DNA of 64,000 nucleotides from an uncultured bacterium (GCA_964482725.1 CAYZYT010000010.1:15794-79793); one strand, 5' to 3'. Counted from the first letter of the stretch, positions 9,567 through 18,191 are shown. The notes: a model not told the origin generated them from the sequence alone. Translations and numbers: made by a program.

Positions 9567-10667
9567 TTGAGAATTATCGCGATTGCCAACCAAAAGGGCG
9601 GATGCGGGAAGACCACGACCAGTATCAATTTCTCGGCCTGTCTGAATTTTCTTCAGAAGAAAGTTCTCTTGATCGATCTGGACCCGCAAGGGCATTCCAC
9701 GATCGGGCTGGGGATCAAGACCCAGAAGGGGATTTTGACCCTCTATGACCTTTTAAGCCCACTTCAACGTATCGCTCCTCCTTTTTCCCAAGTCGTTCGG
9801 AACCTGAAGCCCGATTTTGATCTCCTTCCCTGCAATGCCAGCCTGAATGCGCTTGAAGAAGAATTTGGGTTTATGCCCAATTACCATCTCAAGCTTCGTG
9901 ATCTTTTAACCCGGATCGAGGAAGATCAATGTCGTTATGACTTTGTGGTCCTGGATTGTCCCCCCAATCTTGGGATCCTTACCTGGAATGCTCTCAACGC
10001 GGCGGATGAGGTCGTGGTCCCGGTCGAGCCGTCTTTTTTTTCACTGCACGGGCTGGCGAAGATCTCTGAGACCCTCCAGGTTGTGAACCGGAGTCGTGAA
10101 ACGCCTTTGGCCGTTCATGCGCTTTTGACGCTCTTCAACTCCCAGGTGAATTTTTCTCACGAGATCTATGATGAAGTGAAAGCTCATTTCCGTGACCGGC
10201 TTTTTACGACGATCATTCATGAACATGTGAGTTTGAAAGAGTCGGCGGCCGCGGGGCAGAGCATTGTCCAATATGCCCCCCAATCCTCAGCTTTTCAGGA
10301 TTATTTGAATCTCGCGGTGGAATATCTAGAGCGGGATTGGAACCGGAAGCTTCCTGAAAAAGAACTCGGATGGGAGCAGGTCTACAAAAATCATTTCGGG
10401 CCGCGTCAGATCTCGGATGGGATCCTTTTCCAGTTCTCGAGCAAAACGGCGTCCTCGGTTGAAATCGCCGGGGATTTTAATCACTGGGTCCCGGAGCCAC
10501 TCGTGCGCCGTGATCAGGAGGGTCTTTGGCAGAAAGTCGTTTCGGTGGAGCTCAAGACGTTCCGGTACAAGTTCATTGTGGACGGCGAGTGGCAAGTGGA
10601 TCCTAGCCAGCCGACGCAGAAAGAAAACGCCTATGGCGGGGTCGATTCTTACATGGAGTTTGCTTGA
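9567..10667 (+). CDS. ParA/MinD-family ATPase with C-terminal CBM48/AMPK-beta glycogen-binding-like domain
   Basis: TTG start with AAGGAG RBS; deviant Walker A 'KGGCGKTT'; C-terminal 'GDFNHW...YKFIVDGEWQVDPSQP...NAYGGVDSYMEF' matches the AMPK-beta GBD/CBM48 signature. Confidence 0.7.
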   Translation: MRIIAIANQKGGCGKTTTSINFSACLNFLQKKVLLIDLDPQGHSTIGLGIKTQKGILTLYDLLSPLQRIAPPFSQVVRNLKPDFDLLPCNASLNALEEEFGFMPNYHLKLRDLLTRIEEDQCRYDFVVLDCPPNLGILTWNALNAADEVVVPVEPSFFSLHGLAKISETLQVVNRSRETPLAVHALLTLFNSQVNFSHEIYDEVKAHFRDRLFTTIIHEHVSLKESAAAGQSIVQYAPQSSAFQDYLNLAVEYLERDWNRKLPEKELGWEQVYKNHFGPRQISDGILFQFSSKTASSVEIAGDFNHWVPEPLVRRDQEGLWQKVVSVELKTFRYKFIVDGEWQVDPSQPTQKENAYGGVDSYMEFA

Positions 10668-11479
10668 TGACGGAAGATCCTAAGAAACTCGTTCGTGGGT
10701 TGAAAGATGTCTCGCCGCTTTTCAGCGCAGCTTTCGAAGAGGTTTCTGTCCGTCGTTCTCCCGAGATTCAGGTGTTGGGAGTTTCGAGTCCCGACTGTGA
10801 AGGCGATTCGCTTCTCTTGAATACGTTCTTTGCTTCACAGCTCACATCGCCGGATAAAGAATGTTCTCTTCTCAGCATCCTGTCGCGTTGCGCCAAGGTC
10901 CCTTCCGCAATTGAGGAGGACATGCCAGAATTGTTTGGACGTCATCTTGAACGGTATTGTCTTTATTGGGATGAGCTTCGGGATCTTATCAACGGGCCTT
11001 CATCGCCTCGATCCGAGGGAATATTACAAAGCCGGGATATCTTTCTGGATTTTGAGTATCACCATCTTCTTCATTTTGAAAAGGTTGTTTCTTTGCTGGA
11101 TAAATGGGTCTTGCTTCTAAAACCGACGGCGGAGTCCCTGACGGAAGGTTACAAAATGATGAAAGTGGGGCTTGCGCTCAATTCGGAAATGGAGTTCTAC
11201 ATCGCGCTGTCTGGCAAGGCGGAAGGTTCTCAGGGGGAGATGATCTTCGAGAGGTTCTCAGATTTTTCGGCCAGGCATCTTGATGTCAATCTAGGGTGGT
11301 TAGGGTGGATGGATCTCGCGGACCCCACGCGGCATTTTTCCGCGGCCCTTCACACGGAGCCTTTGAAATATCAATCTTGGAATGTAAAGCCCCGTCTTCA
11401 GAAGTTCATGTTGGCCGGATGGATCGAATCTTTGAAGAGAAGAACGCGGGCCAGCACCTTTGCGGAGGTATCTCGATGA
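10667..11479 (+). CDS. hypothetical protein, translationally coupled to the ParA-like gene
   Basis: ATG overlaps the upstream stop (TGATG); no recognisable family; possible degenerate P-loop-like N-terminus (see findings). Confidence 0.4.
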   Translation: MTEDPKKLVRGLKDVSPLFSAAFEEVSVRRSPEIQVLGVSSPDCEGDSLLLNTFFASQLTSPDKECSLLSILSRCAKVPSAIEEDMPELFGRHLERYCLYWDELRDLINGPSSPRSEGILQSRDIFLDFEYHHLLHFEKVVSLLDKWVLLLKPTAESLTEGYKMMKVGLALNSEMEFYIALSGKAEGSQGEMIFERFSDFSARHLDVNLGWLGWMDLADPTRHFSAALHTEPLKYQSWNVKPRLQKFMLAGWIESLKRRTRASTFAEVSR

Positions 11480-12012
11480 TCGCGACCCAGGAGTGCGTGG
11501 CCCGGCAGGAGATCTTTCAATCGATTCGTTCTTCAATTCAGGAACTTCATGCAGATAAAGTGATTCTCGAAGATGTGGACGGCACGCCGTTTCTTTTTAA
11601 AAGCAAGGATGCGCAGATCTGGGCGCGGATCTTTTATCGGTCGATGCGGGATTTTTCCGTGGAAGAATTACAGCAGGAGATCAAGAAACTTTGGGTGTTG
11701 ATGCCCAACGACGCGGTGCTCTACCTCTTCTATCCGGAACTGGATCGTGAACAGATCTTCAGGATGAATGGCTTCAGCGATCGCTTGAGCTTTTTTGAAT
11801 ATGCCGGTTTTTGTGGCGTGGAGAGAGAAAGAATGGGTGTCCGGATCTGCAAATGGATACCGTCATCGGCGCATGTCCTCAGCCCTGACCCAGAGGGGGA
11901 GTCGTCCTCTCACGTTCATATTTCTACAAAAAGTTTCTTGCAGAGCGGGCGCCTGACGCCCCAGGAAATTGCGGGGCTTGCAGAATTATCTCTAGCCTTG
12001 CGGCGGGTCTGA
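11476..12012 (+). CDS. hypothetical protein, translationally coupled (ATGA overlap)
   Basis: ATG at 11476 overlaps the upstream TGA; the longer ORF-track start at 11296 overlaps the upstream gene in another frame. Confidence 0.4.
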   Translation: MIATQECVARQEIFQSIRSSIQELHADKVILEDVDGTPFLFKSKDAQIWARIFYRSMRDFSVEELQQEIKKLWVLMPNDAVLYLFYPELDREQIFRMNGFSDRLSFFEYAGFCGVERERMGVRICKWIPSSAHVLSPDPEGESSSHVHISTKSFLQSGRLTPQEIAGLAELSLALRRV

Positions 12013-12088
12013 AGCGGTCCGCTTGGACAATCTTCCTGTATTTCGTCCTTGATGGTGCCTGACATCTCTTCTATAATCCTCGCTACCT

Positions 12089-12805
12089 ATGGCAAGCCCT
12101 ATTACTCAGAATCTTGATGTCCTAAAAAAAGCCCAGCACTTGGATAGTGAGATCCATCACTCCCATATTCTCCTGGAAGAGATCCCGGCGCAGCGGGCGC
12201 AACTCAAATCCGAACTGGAGCTTGAAAAGATCCGTTTGAATGAGCTGGAGAAATCCCTCAGGGATATTCAATTGAAGCTCAAGGATAAAGAACTGGAGCT
12301 TTCCCAAAAAGAGACCCAGATCAAAAAGCTCGACGGGCAACTCTCCCAGGTGAAAACAAATAAGGAATACGGCGCTCTTCAGCAGGAGATCGCTTCTCTC
12401 AAGGCGGACAATTCACTCCTCGAAGAGGGGATCATCCATATTCTTGATGAGGTGGATGCGGCCAAAGAAGAGACTCGCAAAGAAAAGGAGAAGCTTGCAT
12501 CCATTACAAAATCTTTTCAGGACCGTGATAACGAGATGGCGAGTCAAGAAAAGGCTTTGCAGGGGCGCCTAGCGGATCTGAAGAAGCAGCGCGAGGAATC
12601 CGTTGCTCAGTTGCCTCATGAACTTGGAGAGCTTTACAGCCGGATCGCTCTCAAGAAGCAGGGGCTTGCTCTTGCTGTTGTGAGCGGCGAGGTTTGTGCT
12701 GCTTGTCAAATGAAGTTGCGTCCGCAACTTATCAACGAAATTCGGCTTGGCGAGCAGATCATTGTTTGTGAGAACTGCTCTCGCATCCTCTACTTCGAAA
12801 ATTAG
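12089..12805 (+). CDS. COG1579-type zinc-ribbon coiled-coil protein
   Basis: Long coiled coil followed by C-terminal 'C..C...(17)...C..C' zinc ribbon; about 240 aa, typical of the family. Confidence 0.65.
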   Translation: MASPITQNLDVLKKAQHLDSEIHHSHILLEEIPAQRAQLKSELELEKIRLNELEKSLRDIQLKLKDKELELSQKETQIKKLDGQLSQVKTNKEYGALQQEIASLKADNSLLEEGIIHILDEVDAAKEETRKEKEKLASITKSFQDRDNEMASQEKALQGRLADLKKQREESVAQLPHELGELYSRIALKKQGLALAVVSGEVCAACQMKLRPQLINEIRLGEQIIVCENCSRILYFEN

Positions 12806-12964
12806 TCTTCCTTCGTTCTGAAGGCTCGTCCTCACCCCGCTAGGGCCATTCTTCTCGGTCTTTTCTTCCCATAGAAGTGTGCCTCTACGCCCTTCGGCTC
12901 CCTATAGAGAAATGTCTTAGGACTGGGGTTTGCCAGTTCAACGGATTCCCAATAAAAAAGAATG

Positions 12965-12993
12965 TTGACACTATATTAAGGGAAATATATACT
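12965..12993 (+). promoter_or_regulatory. sigma70-like promoter of the mraZ operon (Pmra)
   Basis: TTGACA (12965-12970), 17-nt spacer, TATACT (12988-12993). Confidence 0.5.
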
Positions 12994-13005
12994 ACCGCCG
13001 ATAAT

Positions 13006-13034
13006 AAAGTGGGGCAAAGTGGTAGAAAGTGGGA
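13006..13034 (+). promoter_or_regulatory. MraZ operator: three direct repeats AAAGTGG(G/T) at 10-bp spacing
   Basis: aaagtgggg / aaagtggta / aaagtggga at 13006, 13016, 13026; matches the known MraZ box (GTGGG repeats, 10-bp period) immediately downstream of the -10. Confidence 0.5.
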
Positions 13035-13056
13035 ACCCTGAAAGGAAAGAAAATCC

Positions 13057-13494
13057 ATGTTTTATGGTGAATTCGAACATGTGATCGATACCAAAAGCCG
13101 CGTGATGATCCCCGCCAAGTTCCGCGAGATCTTTAAGGAACGCTATGTGGAGCGTTTTTTCATCACCCGTGGTCTCGATCAATGTTTGTTTGTTTTCACG
13201 GAAGAGCAATGGAAAACGGAAGAAAAGAAGTTCCGCGATATGCCTTTCACCAAAGCTGAATCCAGAACTTTCAACCGGCTTTTCTTTTCGGGCGCCTCGG
13301 AAGTTCTCTGTGATAAGCAGGGAAGGATCCTTATTCCGGATTATCTGAAGACCTATGCCGACATTAAAACGGAGGTCATGATCGTCGGCGTTTCTAGCCG
13401 CATAGAGATCTGGTCAAAAGAAAAATGGCAGGGATTTTTCGATCATCATAAGAACCATTTTGAAGAGCTTGCGGAAAAATTAGCAGCAGAATAG
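13057..13494 (+). CDS. mraZ: transcriptional regulator MraZ
   Basis: 'MFYGEFEHVIDTKSRVMIPAKFRE' canonical MraZ N-terminus; two MraZ repeats; 145 aa. Confidence 0.9.
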   Translation: MFYGEFEHVIDTKSRVMIPAKFREIFKERYVERFFITRGLDQCLFVFTEEQWKTEEKKFRDMPFTKAESRTFNRLFFSGASEVLCDKQGRILIPDYLKTYADIKTEVMIVGVSSRIEIWSKEKWQGFFDHHKNHFEELAEKLAAE

Positions 13495-13507
13495 AAAAGG
13501 AGTCATT

Positions 13508-13846
13508 ATGGTCTATCACGCCAGGACGAAGATCGGAGTGGATGTGTTGCGTTTCAACGGGGATCTTGATGCTCTCAGTATGATCAAGATGAAAGATCGG
13601 ATGAACCGGCTGCTTAACAGGAATCACAAACGTCTTTTGCTGGATCTTAAAGACACGAAACATGTGGAATTAGCCGGTGTCGGTATCCTTGTGGATCGCC
13701 TGCGCAAGGTGCGCGAACAAAATGGGGATATCAAATTGTGCAATTTGCGCCCTGAAGTGGAAAGGACTTTCCAGATGATCGGGGTCAATGGACTGATGGA
13801 AAGTTTTTCAACGGAAGAAGAGGCGATCCTTAGTTTTGCGTCATAA
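13508..13846 (+). CDS. STAS-domain anti-sigma factor antagonist
   Basis: 112 aa; 'VLRFNGDLDA...LLLDLKDTKHVELAGVGILV' is an SpoIIAA-like STAS fold. Confidence 0.65.
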   Translation: MVYHARTKIGVDVLRFNGDLDALSMIKMKDRMNRLLNRNHKRLLLDLKDTKHVELAGVGILVDRLRKVREQNGDIKLCNLRPEVERTFQMIGVNGLMESFSTEEEAILSFAS

Positions 13847-14744
13847 TCCCGTTCTTTTACAAGAAGTTCTTGAGCATTTAGCCTTAAGATCCGGGGCTGT
13901 TGTGATGGATGGAACCCTCGGGAGCGGGGGACACTCGGAGGCGATCCTTCGAGAAATCGGCTCCACGGGAAGATTGATAGGTTTTGATCAGGACCCTGAA
14001 GCGATCGCCAGATGTCGGGCGTTGTTCCAAGGGGATGCGCGGGTGACGTTGGTTCACGAGAACTTCAGGAATTTAGAGCGAGTTTTTTCAGGATTGGGCG
14101 TGGAGGCATTCGACGCCGTCTTATTAGATATCGGGACTTCGTCAGAACAGTTGGCGGATGGGAAGCGCGGTTTCAGTTTCCAAACGGAAGGGGAATTGGA
14201 TATGCGGATGAACCCGGAAGTCGGTCGTAAAGCTTCAGAGCTAATTGCGCAGATGTCCGAGGTCGAGCTCGCGGACCTTTTCTACCATTATGGAGAAGAG
14301 CGCAATTCGCGGCGTTTTGCCCGTGTGATTGTTGAAAGGCGGCGCGAGAATCCCATCCGGACCATTGAAGATCTCAACCAGACGCTTGAGCAAGCATTGC
14401 CCGCCCACATGCGATTTAAGAAAGGGCACCGACCTTCCTGGGCGCGCCGCCATCCGTCGACCAAAGTATTTCAAGCGCTACGGATCGGAGTGAATGATGA
14501 ACTGGAGGCGCTGAAGGAAGGTATGGGCGCAGCGTTTAGTCATCTGAAAAAAAATGGGCGGCTCGGCATCATCAGTTTTCATTCCATTGAAGACAGGATT
14601 GTGAAGCAGCAGTTCAGGAAATGGGACAGTGAAAAACTCGGAAATTTGATTTTTCGAAAACCTTTGGTTGCAAACCGTTCGGAAATATTGAATAATCCAA
14701 AAGCACGAAGCGCCAAACTGAGAGTGATCGAGAAAATATCATGA
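13836..14744 (+). CDS. rsmH: 16S rRNA (cytosine1402-N4)-methyltransferase
   Basis: TTG start overlapping the STAS gene; 'HNPVLLQEVLEHL', 'DGTLGSGGHS' SAM-binding motif. Confidence 0.88.
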   Translation: MRHNPVLLQEVLEHLALRSGAVVMDGTLGSGGHSEAILREIGSTGRLIGFDQDPEAIARCRALFQGDARVTLVHENFRNLERVFSGLGVEAFDAVLLDIGTSSEQLADGKRGFSFQTEGELDMRMNPEVGRKASELIAQMSEVELADLFYHYGEERNSRRFARVIVERRRENPIRTIEDLNQTLEQALPAHMRFKKGHRPSWARRHPSTKVFQALRIGVNDELEALKEGMGAAFSHLKKNGRLGIISFHSIEDRIVKQQFRKWDSEKLGNLIFRKPLVANRSEILNNPKARSAKLRVIEKIS

Positions 14745-15133
14745 AGGGTAGCGGAAAGATATTAGTACTCATTGCTATATTGACCTGCGGGATGCTTTTT
14801 TATGTGCATCTGCAGGTTGCTTCCGTCCTCGTCTCCTTCGAGATCCATAAAAACTCCAATGCCCTTGCCGAGAAACAAGAATTGCTCCGAAGATTCCAGT
14901 TCAAAGTGGACCAGTTGCGGGCTCCTCGGCTTCTTGAAGAAAAAATGAAACGTCACGACATGGGTTTGGCGCTTCCCAACAAGATCCAAGTGGTGGAAGT
15001 CCCTCCCGCCACTGAGCTTGTTATCCCGGTGGCGTCGGAACAAAAGGTCACGCGCACCTTTTCCTCCGAGGTCACGAGTTTTCTTGGCCGATGGATCCAA
15101 ACGGCTCAAGCCAAGACCGATATCTCCTCTTAA
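14741..15133 (+). CDS. ftsL: cell division protein FtsL-like (small bitopic membrane protein)
   Basis: ATGA overlap with rsmH; single N-terminal TM helix plus coiled coil; positioned between rsmH and ftsI. Confidence 0.5.
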   Translation: MKGSGKILVLIAILTCGMLFYVHLQVASVLVSFEIHKNSNALAEKQELLRRFQFKVDQLRAPRLLEEKMKRHDMGLALPNKIQVVEVPPATELVIPVASEQKVTRTFSSEVTSFLGRWIQTAQAKTDISS

Positions 15134-15136
15134 AAA

Positions 15137-16891
15137 ATGCGTGCGTTGCTTTCGCCGCGTCGATTCTGGTTCCTCTACATCGTTCTCTTCGTTCTTTTTG
15201 GCCTCGTAATTTATCAAATCGTCCAGCTGACCTGGTTTCATCAATCCTCACTTCTTGCGTTGGCGCATCGCCAACATTATTTGACGATCGATGTGCCGGC
15301 GTTGCGTGGCCCCATTACAGACCGTAATGGAAAAGAGTTCGTAACCAATCTCAAGATCCCCTCCATTTATGCGGTACCGCGTGCCCTGAAGGATGAGGAA
15401 CGCGCGGCCCTCAGCCGCGAAATCGCTAAGATCCTGGGGCTTGACCGGACGTGGGTGATGGAACGTTTGAGTCGGGATAAATCGTTTGTGTGGCTCAAAC
15501 GTCGCGTCACGTTTGAAGAAGCGGAGAAGATCCGAAAACTCGAGTGTCCCGAACTTGGCATTCTTGAAGAATATAAACGATTTTATCCCCAAGGGACCAT
15601 GCTCGCACAAGTGCTCGGATTTTCTACTGTGGACAATCAGGGTGTGGAGGGGCTCGAGCGATCCATGGATGCTGATCTTCGCGGGAAGCCCGGAAAACGT
15701 GTGACCCAGCGCGATGCCAAGGGACGGGAGATCAAGGCCTTTGAAATGAAGAGTTTGCCGGTGATCGATGGTAATCGTATTGTATTGACGATTGATCAGC
15801 ATCTTCAGTATCTAACTGAAAAAGCACTCGAACAGGCCTTCAAACAGTGGAAGGCCAAAGGTGCTTGGGCGGTTGTCATGGATCCCAAAACGGGCGAGAT
15901 CCTGGCGATGGCGAATCAGCCCGGGTTTGATCCCAACCGTTACGCGAATGCCGGGCCGGATGCGAAGCGCAATCGTGCGATTACCGACATGTACGAGCCG
16001 GGGTCTGTATTCAAGATCGTCGCAGCGAGTGGTGCTCTTAATGATGGGACCGTTACGCCGGAGACGGTCATTAATTGTGAAAATGGTAAATGGAATTATG
16101 GTTTCAAGGTGCTACACGACGTTCATCCTTATGGCATGTTACCGATGATGGAAGTGATCGTTAAATCAAGCAATATCGGGACTGTGAAGATTGCGCTCAA
16201 AATGGGGGCCCAGAAATTCCAAAATTATGTAAAAGGTTTCGGATTCGGGGCTAGCACCGGCATTGATCTCGCCGGGGAGGCCCCTGGGTATACGAGGCCG
16301 CCGTCTCAGTGGTCGAAGACCTCTCCCTATAATATTCCCATGGGGCAGGAAGTCATGGTGACGTCGTTGCAAATGGTGATTGCCATGTCTGTGGTTGCCA
16401 ATGGCGGCTATCTGGTAAGACCTTACATCGTTTCTAAGGTCCAGGATTCGGCGGGAGTAACGATCAAAGAAAGGAAACCGTTTATCAAACAGCGCGTGAT
16501 CAAGTCTGAAACGGCTGCGACCATGCGTGAGATTTTGACCCAAGTCGTCGAGAGGGGTACGGGAACCAAGGCGAAGATCCCGGATGTGCTCGCGGGAGGG
16601 AAGACCGGCACAGCCCAGAAGATATTGCCCGGGGGTAAAGGGTATTCTCATGCGGCTTTCATGTCCTCTTTTGTGGGATTTGCGCCTGCCGATAATCCTC
16701 GCTATGCCATGGTCGTCGTGTTGGATGAAGCCAGGCCTCTTTATTACGGAGGAGTTGTGGCGGCTCCCGTTTTCAAAGAAGTCATGGGAGCTGCTCTTTT
16801 GACCCAAAGTGCGCAACCACACCATGAAACTGTTTTGCTGCCCACGCCTGAGCAGGCGGCTGCCGTCGCCGATCTGGCTGTCGCCGATTAA
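15137..16891 (+). CDS. ftsI: peptidoglycan D,D-transpeptidase FtsI (class B PBP)
   Basis: N-terminal TM helix; SxxK 'SVFK', 'SSN', 'KTGTA' transpeptidase motifs. Confidence 0.85.
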   Translation: MRALLSPRRFWFLYIVLFVLFGLVIYQIVQLTWFHQSSLLALAHRQHYLTIDVPALRGPITDRNGKEFVTNLKIPSIYAVPRALKDEERAALSREIAKILGLDRTWVMERLSRDKSFVWLKRRVTFEEAEKIRKLECPELGILEEYKRFYPQGTMLAQVLGFSTVDNQGVEGLERSMDADLRGKPGKRVTQRDAKGREIKAFEMKSLPVIDGNRIVLTIDQHLQYLTEKALEQAFKQWKAKGAWAVVMDPKTGEILAMANQPGFDPNRYANAGPDAKRNRAITDMYEPGSVFKIVAASGALNDGTVTPETVINCENGKWNYGFKVLHDVHPYGMLPMMEVIVKSSNIGTVKIALKMGAQKFQNYVKGFGFGASTGIDLAGEAPGYTRPPSQWSKTSPYNIPMGQEVMVTSLQMVIAMSVVANGGYLVRPYIVSKVQDSAGVTIKERKPFIKQRVIKSETAATMREILTQVVERGTGTKAKIPDVLAGGKTGTAQKILPGGKGYSHAAFMSSFVGFAPADNPRYAMVVVLDEARPLYYGGVVAAPVFKEVMGAALLTQSAQPHHETVLLPTPEQAAAVADLAVAD

Positions 16892-16900
16892 TGCCTTTGA

Positions 16901-16929
16901 TTGAATACTCTTCGTGAGAGTGTTATAAT
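16901..16929 (+). promoter_or_regulatory. near-consensus sigma70-like promoter between ftsI and tRNA-Pro
   Basis: TTGAAT (16901-16906), 17-nt spacer, TATAAT (16924-16929). Confidence 0.45.
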
Positions 16930-17129
16930 CCCCGCCGTTTTGTGATTCCGCCTGAAGCGATACATCCCGGAATGGATTGCACCCATTTGTTTGGGAGTTG
17001 TGCCGAGTCGGGTGTGGGGTCTCATAGCCCCAAATAATTTTTGTCGGGGCGCCTTGATTTCTATATCGAAACTTTAAAGAAATCAGGACTGCCGCCGATG
17101 TTTCGATGGATTCTTATAAAGAGGTTACG

Positions 17130-17204
<75 letters not shown>

Positions 17205-17238
17205 CTCTTTTCTCTTATCGCCCGAGGTAGCTCCGCTG

Positions 17239-17442
17239 ATGGAATGCAATATCGACGTCAACAAGCAGCGTTGTAATTGCTCCTACGACCCTTGCCCTCG
17301 CAAAGGGATCTGCTGCGAGTGCATTTCATATCACCGGAGGCTGAACCAATTGCCCGCCTGTTACTTCCCTCAGGACATCGAAAAAACATATGATCGGTCT
17401 GTCGGAAAATTTCTTTCGGTTCATTTGCCCAAAAAGGGATAA
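17239..17442 (+). CDS. small cysteine-rich protein (8 Cys in 30 aa: C-N-C...C...CCEC)
   Basis: '[32 protein letters not shown]'; the upstream part of ORF 17041..17442 is discarded because it overlaps tRNA-Pro. Confidence 0.4.
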   Translation: MECNIDVNKQRCNCSYDPCPRKGICCECISYHRRLNQLPACYFPQDIEKTYDRSVGKFLSVHLPKKG

Positions 17443-17501
17443 TTGTCGCCACGATTTTATTGATCGTCACAAACCAGAATCCTAAAAAAAAGGAGATAAC
17501 G

Positions 17502-18143
17502 ATGAGATCCAGCATTCCGAAGTGGGTCTGTGTTTCTTTGCTCGTTTTGGGGCTTAGTGTGGGCGGAAGCCTTGCTTTTGCGGAAGATGAAAATTCGAAT
17601 CCCGGAGGCTGGAGCAAGGGTGAGAAGAAAGGCTGGGCGGGGAGCGTGCCCCCCGGGCAGGAAAAAAAAGAGAACGAAAAAGGTGTCAAAAAGGTTGAAG
17701 GCGAGATGCGTAAATTTGGAAGGGAAACTAAGGATGAAGTAGGCAAAGGCGCTCGTAAAGTTGAAGACGAGATGCGCCGAGCCGAAAGAAAGGCTCAGCA
17801 GGAAGCTGAAAAGATCGAGAAGAAATCCGGAGATGAACAAGGCCGGGTTGAGAAAGATGCCGAGAGGCAGAAGTTGAAGGCTGAGAGAGAAGCTGAAAAA
17901 CAGAAGTTGAAGGCTGAGAGAGAAGCTGAAAAACAGAAGTTGAAGGCCGAGAGAGAAGCTCAGAAACAGCAACGCGAGGCTGAAAAGGAAGCTAAGAAAA
18001 AACAGCGCGAAGCTGAAAAAGAGACTCAAAAGAAGCAGCGTGATGCTGAAAAAGCCAAGCGGGATGCCGAACGTGAAGCTGAAAAGGCAAGCCGTGAAGC
18101 TGAAAAAAAAAGGGTTCAAGCTGAAAAATCTGCTGTGATGTAA
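17502..18143 (+). CDS. secreted Lys/Glu-rich repeat protein
   Basis: ATG at 17502 with AAGGAG RBS; signal peptide '...GGSLAFA|EDE'; K/E-rich with 3 x 11-aa 'QKLKAEREAEK' repeats. Confidence 0.6.
   Translation: MRSSIPKWVCVSLLVLGLSVGGSLAFAEDENSNPGGWSKGEKKGWAGSVPPGQEKKENEKGVKKVEGEMRKFGRETKDEVGKGARKVEDEMRRAERKAQQEAEKIEKKSGDEQGRVEKDAERQKLKAEREAEKQKLKAEREAEKQKLKAEREAQKQQREAEKEAKKKQREAEKETQKKQRDAEKAKRDAEREAEKASREAEKKRVQAEKSAVM
17868..17966 (+). repeat. 3 x 33-bp tandem repeat inside the KE-rich gene
   Basis: 'cagaagttgaaggctgagagagaagctgaaaaa' repeated three times; third copy slightly diverged. Confidence 0.8.
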
Positions 18144-18159
18144 TAGGCCAGTCAAGAGA

Positions 18160-18191
18160 GGCGCTACCTTTCCTAGGATAGCGCCTTTTTT
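18160..18191 (+). terminator. rho-independent terminator
   Basis: GGCGCTA-(loop 12)-TAGCGCC followed by TTTTTT, 17 nt after the stop codon. Confidence 0.6.

Noticed and set aside
17457-18155. 232-aa minus-strand Phe/Leu/Ser-rich ORF
   Set aside because: Reverse complement of the GAA/AAG-rich KE-repeat gene; low-complexity artefact.
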